NCBI RefSeq assembly: GCF_026210795.1
Contig: NC_089430.1
Location: 3,844,001 to 3,908,000, forward strand
Direction of reading: 5' to 3'
Length of the DNA stretch: 64,000 nt
Origin: Rhizophagus irregularis
Taxonomy: Eukaryota
Shown piece by piece: positions 27,122 through 37,245 of the stretch (the stretch's first letter is position 1; each line of letters begins with the position of its first letter). The notes beneath the pieces are model-generated. The model had not been told where the DNA came from and ran no database searches. It saw nothing but the letters and a program-made list of their open reading frames with translations. A program made the translations under genes and the position numbers.

Positions 27122-27763
27122 TCAATGTGATTCTCTTAATGTGATAGCAGTATTGATAGCTGAACAAGCAGCATCAAAAAATTTTTCTACTAATCCCTCT
27201 GGGTCTGGAGTGCCCTTGATATCAAATACCGGATACTCTCCAACTATGCTTTGGAATTCTTCGGTCATCGTTTCAGTATATTCCGTGATTTTCCCGAAAA
27301 AGTAGTAAATGCCTGCTGATCGCATTTCTCTTAGTACTTGTTCAGCAGTTAGACCATTTGGGTCTCCATCTGGATAATCGTCTAGCAAACCAGTGAAACG
27401 ACGGCCATGTGGCGGACAGTCACAGATGTGTAAAAGGACGCGGGTAGGATTTCGCCATGTTATACTGTTTACAGCTGCGTTAAGACCGCCTAGGACATCT
27501 TCCGGAGCATCTCCACCACCTGTAGCTGAAATACCCGATAGATAATCTTTAAAATCATCGCAAGAATTGGTGAAATCAAAAATTTGTAGGCGGTTAGGAC
27601 CATCACAGTGGTCACGGTAGCCACAGAAACCGACCCGAACTATAACCGTTGGTTTCATATTTGCCATGTATTCTACCACCCTTTCGATAGCATTCTTGGC
27701 ACCTTTAATGTGGCCCCCCATAGAACTGGTACAGTCCATAACGAAGCAAAGGTCAATTTCCAT
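27122..27763 (-). CDS. Stand-alone VwkA-type vWA domain protein, copy 4
   Basis: Intact 213-aa ORF; DCTSS, GYRDHCD, GGGDAPED, HICDCPPHG. Confidence 0.9.
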   Translation of the reverse strand: MEIDLCFVMDCTSSMGGHIKGAKNAIERVVEYMANMKPTVIVRVGFCGYRDHCDGPNRLQIFDFTNSCDDFKDYLSGISATGGGDAPEDVLGGLNAAVNSITWRNPTRVLLHICDCPPHGRRFTGLLDDYPDGDPNGLTAEQVLREMRSAGIYYFFGKITEYTETMTEEFQSIVGEYPVFDIKGTPDPEGLVEKFFDAACSAINTAITLRESH

Positions 27764-28334
27764 TTGGCGTTTGATGTCTATTTAGTTATTTTAAGTTTTT
27801 TGCCTGTTAAATAATTTCAATCAAATAACATGAGAATATATAAAGTCATTAAACTTTACAAACGAAACTGAGTGAAATAATAATTAAAACGATAATAAAA
27901 ACCCAAAGTAAAATATTTCTTCTTGTAAAGCGCACAAAATAATATTTGGTAATAACGTAGCCAAGATAAGTTTTTTATGTGGCTTGTATCAAAGAGTTTA
28001 TTCTATATGCAAAGGTTTTTTTTAGTACACAACACGTACTTTTCGATGATCAAACTAGATAAGGCCATACTTAAAGTGGAATAAAATGGGAGTAAAAGTA
28101 TTTTTGGATATAATGAGATAGTTTCGTAAATATAACGTATAAACCTGATTACTTAAGAATCATTCACACGATATATGATTTATGACATAAATATCTCTGA
28201 ATGGAACAAACCAAGTTATTATTTGATTTTATAAGTGATAAAAGTGATAAATTATTAATTATCACATAATTTCATATATAAGTAACAAATTTAACAACTT
28301 TTTTTTTTAAAAAAGGAAAAATTACGACGTAAAA

Positions 28335-29999
28335 ATGAATACTCTATATCGTATTTATAATTTTGTAGGAAACAAACTTCAAAATAATCAAGTTGAAAAT
28401 GATGAAATCAACGATTTTTCTCCTCAGACAAAAAAAGAATTAGATTTCAATGATCCGGATCATTATAATAATGGTACCCAAATAAAAAATAATGAAGAGA
28501 ATGCATTGCTAGAAGAATTAAATGAAATGAAAGAAAGTTATAAAGAATTAGAACAATCACTAATAAAAATTTCTCAAAAGTCTAAGAAATTGGAAAAAGA
28601 AAAGCGAGAAATCGAATCAAAATTAAAAACTTCAAATGATAAAGTTCAAAAGCTTCAAGGTGATTTATCGCAGGAAAAAAAGAATTCTCAAAAGTTTAAA
28701 CAATTGGAAAAAGAAAAGCGAAAACTTGAAGATGACATGTTGCAGGAAAGAAAAAAAAATAATTTTATAATTGAAAAAAATCAGAAAGAAAAACAAGAAC
28801 TCGACTCTAAATTAAAAATTTTAAAAGAAAATTATCAACGAGATATAAATCAATTAAATGGTCGTTATAATGAGTTAGAATTAACAAAAAAAAATATGGA
28901 AAGAGATATGGAAAATAATATCAAAAATTTAGAACAGCAATTAAGAGAACAGAGAATAAAATTTCAGCAAGAATTTAAACAAGCACTTGAAAAATATAAG
29001 AAGAATATTAACAATATAAGACAAAGGTTAGATGAGAAGGGAAATGGTTTACGCGATCTAGAAGACGAAAATTCCAGACTTAAAGAAGAGGCATCTAAAT
29101 ATCAATCAGCACTTGGTGTTGCAACAAATACTCGTCTTGGCGATGGTGATCAAAATCATTCAATTAAATTAAAAAATGATATCTTAAAATTACAGAACAC
29201 ATTGGATAATTATGTAACTCATTTGAAACCTAATATGGATCTTAACATTAAAGAAATACAAAAGCTTGCGCAAGAATATGGTTGCTTAAATGAAATTACT
29301 GCGGAAAATCCAAATAAGATTTTTGTTAAAGCTATTTTGCAACGTAAAGTATTAGATTATGTACGTGGTTTTTCTCATGAATTGCATAATTTGATTGAAT
29401 CCCAAAAAATCACAAGGGGACCCCTTACACTTGAATCAGATATCGTATCAAAAGCAAGTGAATTATTAAAATTAATCAATTTTTTCTCAGTAACTCGTGC
29501 CGGAACTGATGAGGTTACTGATGCATCAATGATTAAAATACGTCAACAAGTTTATGGAATTCTTGGTAATCGTGGATTTAACAATATAATTGATGATGAT
29601 GGAAATATGCGGATGCATGATTTTATAGCTCTCGTTAGCAACGAACTCAATAAAATGATGAATCATTATCGTAAAATCAATGATCCTAATAGAAAAGAAC
29701 AAGTTGATTCAATGGCACCAAAACTTGTTCAAGATATTTATAAATTATTTTGGTTTCGCATAAATGTTCAAGAACCAAAAACAGAATGTGAACTTTTTGA
29801 AAATAACATGATTAATCCAAATTTGATGAAAGGATCATGGAATGAAGATGAAATCGATAAATTACGCGTAGATATATGTTACTTTCCTCTCGTTGGAAGA
29901 AATTTGAATTCTTCAGATGCAAAAATATTTACACTTGCAAAAGTATTTCCGCGATATATTAGCGATTCAAATGAACCCAACGAAGAAAAAGACGAATAA
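28335..29999 (+). CDS. 554-aa intronless protein: long N-terminal coiled coil, helical middle, C-terminal beta-rich domain with a GrpE/Mieap-like pattern
   Basis: Single intact ORF. K/E/Q/L heptad-rich at about aa 55-260, with internal repeat SQK.K.LEKEKR. C-terminus FWFRINVQEP...INPNLM...VDICYFPLVG...KIFTLAKV. Domain call is by pattern only. Confidence 0.85.
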   Translation: MNTLYRIYNFVGNKLQNNQVENDEINDFSPQTKKELDFNDPDHYNNGTQIKNNEENALLEELNEMKESYKELEQSLIKISQKSKKLEKEKREIESKLKTSNDKVQKLQGDLSQEKKNSQKFKQLEKEKRKLEDDMLQERKKNNFIIEKNQKEKQELDSKLKILKENYQRDINQLNGRYNELELTKKNMERDMENNIKNLEQQLREQRIKFQQEFKQALEKYKKNINNIRQRLDEKGNGLRDLEDENSRLKEEASKYQSALGVATNTRLGDGDQNHSIKLKNDILKLQNTLDNYVTHLKPNMDLNIKEIQKLAQEYGCLNEITAENPNKIFVKAILQRKVLDYVRGFSHELHNLIESQKITRGPLTLESDIVSKASELLKLINFFSVTRAGTDEVTDASMIKIRQQVYGILGNRGFNNIIDDDGNMRMHDFIALVSNELNKMMNHYRKINDPNRKEQVDSMAPKLVQDIYKLFWFRINVQEPKTECELFENNMINPNLMKGSWNEDEIDKLRVDICYFPLVGRNLNSSDAKIFTLAKVFPRYISDSNEPNEEKDE

Positions 30000-30448
30000 T
30001 TTATTACATATAGATGATAATAATTTTACACAATTATATTTTTTTTTATTTTTCTTACATTGTATTATATATATATATAATATATATTATATATATCACA
30101 TCAAATAAAATTTACTATTTAACTTCAAATAATGTTTATCAAATTTAATTGTCAATCCTAAGAACGATACCGACAATTGTTATAATAAATAAAAATCGGA
30201 TGGAATTTAGCAATTGGTAATAACGAATATGTAAAGCAGTTCAGATAATATCTTTATTTAATAAGATAAAAAAAAGAGTTTTTACATTGCACATCGTCAT
30301 ATTTCACCTTATTTCACATTTTTTACATGATTTGTAAAGAAACCAATTGATATGTTGTAAAAATTACGTCATATATGCAAAAAATTTTAACGATAGTTAT
30401 TAGCAAACAAAATGAAAAAAATATTTAGACGGCGGAAAATAATAATGA

Positions 30449-32625
30449 TCAATCTTCTATGTCTGTTTCAAAAGAAGTATGGTAATTTTGACCATTTAAA
30501 TCATTACTTGCCCTCGCCGTAATTTCCATTTTACCAAATGCTAATTTAAAAGTAGTGGGTCTATTTATTCCGAGATGTTTGTCTGGCCAATCGATTTTAA
30601 GTCTCCCAAGTAATTTCATTCTGGGATCACCAAGATTAGCTTCGTGTTCGTATTTGTCTATGAAGTAAATTTCAAATACTCCCTGTTTTTGAAAAGGAAA
30701 AGAAGGTCTTACATTTGCGGTAAATTCTTCGTTAATGTTAGCCATGGTTCCTTTATTTGCCATAGCATGAAAACGAAAAGTAGAATCTTCAGGGTTTAAA
30801 ACTTTGATCCCATAAGTATGTCTTAGTACACGTGAATCTATGACAAACATTAGACCATCCATTTCATCATCATCCATGTCATTAACAGAATTGGCAAAAC
30901 TAGCACCATAGATTGCTGCGCCGCGAGAAACAGCCGCGACCGGATTTATAGGAACAGAAATATTAATACCGCGGTGATATTCGTGATCTGAAAATTCGTC
31001 TCTAATTCTCTTTTGTAAATATTCTGATTGACTGAACCCTCCGACTAATAACATCGCAGAACATTTAGAACCTTTCTCCTTACAATTTTCAAGTTGAACA
31101 CGAATCATTCGTAAAATTCTTTCAACGACTGGATCAAACATTGATTTGATCGTCTCATAATCAAGTTTAATTAACCATTCAGCCTCTTCCATTCTTTTTC
31201 TCACTTCGTCGCTTACGTACTGTGATATAACAGGTGATACTTCATTGAGATCCATTTCATAGCTAAAGTTTAAATCTTCCCCCGTAAATTCAAATTTAAC
31301 ATTTTGGCAAAAATTTTGGACCATATACTGCATTTGTCCATAATAATTTTCCTTCAATAAATCCATGGGATGATTATCGAGTATTGTCCTTAAGTGATCA
31401 AGGAATGCACCATCAATAAAAGAACTTCCGCAATAATCACCCGCTCTTTCTGTAATTTCTCCCAATTGATTTTCATTCAATAATTTTCGTGTCGTCAAAT
31501 CTACTGTACCACCACCACAATCGACGATCATAAAAATCGCTGTTTACAAAACAGAATTCTAGTTAACTTAAATGATGTGTATGAAGTATTCATAATAATA
31601 CATACTTCCACTAGTAGCCAAATCATGTTCTTTAAGAACATTATCCTTGCAATAAATTGCTGCAGCTTCAGCTATTGGAAAGGAAAGATTTTATTAATGA
31701 TTTTATTCAAAAAAAGAGAAAATTCGTTTGTAACTTACGTTCCGTAGTAAATTCTAATTTTTTAGAATCTAAATCGTCAATTAATCCAGCATCTAATGCA
31801 CACTTTCTCATTGTCGCTTTTTCTTTTTGTGTATATTCAGCAGGAACAGTAAGGACTAGCAGCACATTTTCCATAAAATCGATTTCCCACCTAGCTTCAT
31901 CACTAACATCCTTTATAGTATCCTTTATATGCTATTTATAAAATAATGAATACAATAAAGATATTTTTTAATAAAAAAATATATAAAATTAAATGTTATT
32001 AATCTTACACTTACTTTACCGATTTCTCGAAGATAATCAGTAATTGCTACTTTATAATTTATAGTAAGTTTATATTTTTCTTTAAGCTCATCGCTTAAAT
32101 TACCTAAATGTAATTTAAACAACTCTAACACTTTTTCTCGTTTATTCACAGCAACCCTTCGATCCGGGGGTTTAGACAGTGCGGATTGCCCCCACGATTC
32201 GACATTTCTTAAACTATCATCATATCTTAATACTGTATTGGTTTTATAGCTCTTTTAACAAACAAAAAAAAATAAATAATAATCTTTTTTCGTGATTCTC
32301 GTTAATTTAAGAAGAAATATATTATTTACGATATTATCGCCAGCGTTAGGCCAAGTTACGTTTGTTGTATACATTATATCTTCAGTGGCTTCGCGATGAC
32401 AATAAGTATATCCCTATTGAAAAGGTTCAATGTCATTTAAAAGGTTAATTTTCAAAAAAAATGAATCATATCAATTAAAAAATCTACAAATTACCGAATA
32501 AGTGGTTCCAAAATCTTCAGAGAAACGTTGAATTCAAAAATCTTCATTAATTAAACTAGCTAATAAACGAATGCAATTTTAATGTTTATCGTACCTAAAC
32601 CAACTATGACACGAATATCCGGCAT
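30449..32625 (-). CDS. Atypical Hsp70 (HSPA12-like actin-fold ATPase), 7 exons, ~573 aa
   Basis: Exons 32625-32595, 32514-32495, 32413-32330, 32251-32015, 31931-31739, 31671-31606, 31539-30449 splice in frame. Motifs VIVGLDFGTTYSG, LFKLHL, LTVPAEY, TTEPEAAA, VDCGGGTVDLT, LVGGFSQSEYL. No C-terminal lid or EEVD. Confidence 0.92.
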
Positions 32626-33217
32626 TTTCAAAGATCTTTAATTAACGACGTATATAATAAATTCAAAAATTCCAATTCACCGAGATCAAAATTAATTATT
32701 AACTTTATCGTAAATTTCGAATATTTATAAGAAAAATATAATCGATTAAAAGTATGACGTTAGATTCGATTATATCACATTATCATACACTCATTCACAA
32801 ATTAAAGAGGAACTTCATTTAAAGACTAAAATGGTTAAAGTCGTATCAATCTATAATAAGAATCATTGTTGTCTGGCACAATCGGTAATCAATCGATTAC
32901 CAATCTGATATTAAACTTATACTTGTTTTAATGCAAATTATTATTTGATTCATCGCCTATTTCGAATTTGCAATCGTATAAAGAAACAATAACTGAGTTA
33001 GGTACAATCGATAACAGAAAGTTCTTTTTTTTTAGATTTGATAATAATTCTAAATTTGTCATTAATGGCTTATAAGTATTTATGATATACTGACAAAGCA
33101 ATTCATTGATTTGTTGATAATACGTAAATTGACGTTAAAATTTTCTCATTTTTTATTTATACATAATCAACAAAAAATAAGACTAATTAGTTCATAAAAA
33201 TTTTTTTTAAAGAAAAT

Positions 33218-35511
33218 ATGTCTTCAAGCGACGACATTCGCGTTGTGGTGGGTGTTGGTAAGTTTTAAGTCGACGTATTTTATTAATTAATACAAAATGT
33301 GCCAGATTCTCACATTTTTTTCGCTTTACCTATTATATTACAGACTTTGGAACTACATATTCCGTAAGAATATTTTTATTTAGCGTAAACGAATCAAATT
33401 TTGAGAATTAGTATTTTAATAAGCTGATTAATTATTCCTTAAAAAAAACGAAAGGGATTTGCATATGCTCATAAATCCAATCCTAATGATGTTCAAGTAT
33501 ACGATTTTTGGAAAGGTCTCCATGGAGGATGGTTTAAAACACCAACAGTCATAAATTATGATGACTCCTGTGCAAATGTAATGTCGTGGGGATTATCGGC
33601 ACTAGCAACAAAGCCAAGAGGAAGGTCTTTACGACCCTCTTCAAAACCGATTGAATTGTTTAAGTTACATCTATTAAAAAGGGGAACTACGTCTTTACCA
33701 GACGCATTAAATTATAAAGATGTTATTAAAGATTATTTGAAAGAATTAGGTAATTATATTAGAAGAAGGGTAAAAAGTCATTGGCACAGTTTAGATTTTG
33801 ATAGTCAAGTTATAATTGTAATTACGGTAACAAAAGCTTTTCGATTTTTTTTTAAAAAATTAAAAATTTAAGTAATAGAAAATTTATCAATTTATGTAAT
33901 TCGTTACTTATTTTTCTAGGTTCCCGCAGAATTCGACGATAATGCGATTGAAACAATGAGTGAATGTGCGATTGGCGCAAATTTGGTCAAAGAGGAAAAT
34001 ATTGAAAGAAATTTAAAATTTACAACAGAACGTAAGTAACCAATGAATAAATCTGCTTTTAATTCTAGTCAGAATTAATTATCATAAATTCAAATTTTTC
34101 GATTATAAATATTTGATTATTCAAGGTTCTTACATATTACTTAATTTATAGCTGAAGCTGCAGCGATTAATTCTATAAGTTCACTAAGGAATGAATATCT
34201 TTTGAAATCGGGAGGTTAGTATGACTTTTCTATTGCAGTTCACGTGAGAAAATTTTTTAAATCTTTTTTTCTGTATAAATAGATTTATTTATGGTGGTTG
34301 ATTGTGGTGGTGGCACAGTGGATCTAACAACGCGAGAATTATTAGACGAAGATAAATTAAGTGAAATAACTGTGCGTGCAGGCGATAACTGTGGTTCATG
34401 TTATGTGGACCAGGCATTTATTGAGTTTCTTGATAGTAAAATAGGAAGTTCCACTATTGATATTTTAAAAGAGAATCATTATGTTAATCTACAATATATC
34501 GTTCAAGACTTTTGTACAACCACTAAAATTTTTTTTACGGGACGAGAGGATGATTTTCTGGCTTATTACTTAAATTTAGATGAATATGAGCCAATTAAAA
34601 AATGTATTACTGGAGAAGAAAAAGAGAAGTTAGAAGCTGATGAATGGTTGATCGAAGCTAAATTTGATGATGTTAAAGAAATGTTCGATCCTGTTATAGA
34701 AAGAATTTTTACATTAATAAGAGGACAATTGGAGCAACTAAAACGGCTTAAAAAGGACATTTCTTTAATGTTATTGGTGGGTGGATTTAGTGAATCTGAA
34801 TATTTACAAGATAGAATTAGGGGAGAATTTTCTTCAGAGGTGCCGAATATTTCTGTGCCTAAGAATCCTGTTACATCTGTTATGAAAGGAGGTAGGTAAA
34901 AAAAGATCCTTTTACGAATCTCTTTAAAATAATATTAACCTTTCTTAAAAAATAAATCTGCAAGCTGTGAAATTTGGTCTTTCAGAAGAAGTTGTAGAGA
35001 GTCGTGTATTGAATTGGACTTATGGTATCAAAATCATTCTATATTTTTGAATTAATTTGTTTAAAAGAAAATATCTTAACTGTGTCCTTCTTTTAAAGGT
35101 ACTTGCGTAGTAAGAAAATGGCTTCCAACCGATCCATTGTCATATAAACTTCCAAATGGGTATGTAAAAGTTTTTGAAAAATTTGGTGAGGAAGGTTATG
35201 GAGCACCAATCAAATTAAACAGTAAAGTTATCAAAGATTTTAAATCATTTTCATTAACTCAGCGAAAAATAAATATTGATATGTATGTAACAAAATCTTT
35301 GGATGCGAAATATATTGGAGATCCTGAGATAAAATTACTTCGAAAATTTCAATTAGAATTGCCAGAATTAGATAGTTATGAAGATATTGAAGATATTACT
35401 ATTTCATTTATTTTAAAATTTGGGAGGGTGGGAATGTCTGCTATTGCTGAAAATAAGAATACTGGTCATGAGTGTAAAGTTACTTTTAAATATGACTTTG
35501 ATTTAGTTTAA
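33218..35511 (+). CDS. Second atypical Hsp70 (HSPA12-like), 8 exons, ~562 aa
   Basis: Exons 33218-33257, 33344-33363, 33455-33826, 33920-34031, 34152-34214, 34283-34891, 34965-35024, 35099-35511 splice in frame. Motifs VVVGVDFGTTYSGFAY, LFKLHL, ITVPAEF, TTEPEAAA, VDCGGGTVDLT, LVGGFSESEYL. Confidence 0.92.
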
Positions 35512-35726
35512 GTATGGTGTTTAATTAATATTAATTTCAGTAAACTAAAATGTTATAAAATTGGAAATCTTATTATAATAAATTATTGGTATAGTACCAT
35601 TTAAATTGATAATATATACAGTCTATATACATATAAAATAATTGGATCTTATAAAATTTATTATTATAATTTTGTAAATTTATATAATTGTTTGGAAATT
35701 AGCTATTATACAGTATAAGAAATAGT

Positions 35727-35809
35727 TCCTATAAAAAAAAATTTCTTTAAAATGTACTTAAAATATATAAATACATTTTAAGTATATTTTAAAGAATTTT
35801 TTTTTCAGT
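35727..35809. repeat. ~80-bp palindrome (possible micro-MITE)
   Basis: aaaaaaaaatttctttaaaatgtacttaaaat is mirrored by attttaagtatattttaaagaattttttttt. Confidence 0.55.
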
Positions 35810-37245
35810 ATTTATTTTAGTTTAATAACTGGAAAAGGCAATCTTATTTCTACTTTATTATTAATTAGAAAATTAAGATAGCTCTTATAGTTTATTTTTA
35901 AATTCCTACCATCTAAAAACTTCAATCTTTTTCAAATAAATATAAGAAAACAAAGGTACATTTTTGGTATATAAAGGCAATTAATGAATCAGAAATAAAT
36001 TAGCTGTAAAAATTTATCAGAAAAAAAAGAGCAAAAAAATAACTTGATGTTAGAACTTGCATTAAATGGTCTAAAATTTATGTACTTTCTCCTTTTTTAA
36101 TAGCATTATATATTTCATTTACTTCTCTAACATTTTCTGATTCTATAACTAAAAATTATAAAGTTCAAGACTTCAAGGTATATTGCATTAAGTTTTTTTT
36201 CATTAGTATTGATCAGAATTAAATAATCTGGCAAAAGTTTTTTATATTAAAATATATTATAACATATTTTTATACTATAATACTAGAAGTCTATACTTAA
36301 TAAGTATATTGCAATCACAGTACTTTGGGTATCTTGCAAATTTAGGAAGATTGATTCTAAACTCCTATTACATAAATTTTATTATTAATTGATGAGGATG
36401 TTTAAAACTTATAAAATAATTAAGTATTATACTATTATTATATATCATACTTATAATATTTGTTGGATTATTTAAATAATAAAATCAATGAAAATGTGAC
36501 TTTTTCTTTGAAGGGTATTATACATAGAAGGTACTATGGTTTATAATATATGGTAATATTTGAAAAACTTTTAACTTTTTAAAAAAATTTTTATGATCAA
36601 CTCAAATTTGAAATAAAATATATTGATTAAAACTTATGATAATTTGGGTTAACTTCATATATCATAATAATATTAGTCTGAATTATTATAATTTAAATCA
36701 AATGTAATTTTTTTTTTAAAAAAAATTTTTTATTAATGTATAATTTTAACTGATAAAATTCATTTTTTCTTATATTTTATTTTATCTGTAATAAAAATTT
36801 TTAAAAACTGCATTTTATTAGTACTTTATATAAGTAAGAAATCCAGTTTTTTATTAGCTAATTATAAATTTCAAATTATATGATATAGATTAGTTCAGAA
36901 AATTAAAAGTCTTTAAAAATAATTCTATTTGATTATTACTTTTGTAGAAGTAGATAATTTTATATTATATAATAAACATACTCTAAACTTATTATTTAAA
37001 AATTATATTAAACTAAAGATATCTTTTTATTAGTTTTAAAGTTAAATATATTTATTAATGATTAAAGTAAATAGATGGATTCAAGGATTTGAATATATTT
37101 TAATTCCAAAATAATTATATAATATATTAATAAATCTTAAGTAATTAGCTGAATTTGTTTTGATATTTTGATAAATAAAAATAAAGTTTGTTTTTCATAG
37201 GTCAAAAAATGAAAAATCAGACACCAATCAGTTACCAATCAGTTA

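Noticed and set aside
19856..27763. vWA ORFs as exons of a VwkA-like alpha-kinase
   Set aside because: Each ORF has its own ATG and stop, and no alpha-kinase sequence was recognised in the window.
19815..27814. Small + strand ORFs overlapping the vWA genes
   Set aside because: Antisense shadows that recur only because the vWA genes are paralogous.
33016..33025. Heat-shock element (aGAAagTTCt) between the Hsp70 genes, suggesting control by the nearby HSF
   Set aside because: Only two pentamers, whereas a functional HSE normally needs three; expected by chance in AT-rich DNA. The HSF gene is ~16 kb away behind TE debris.
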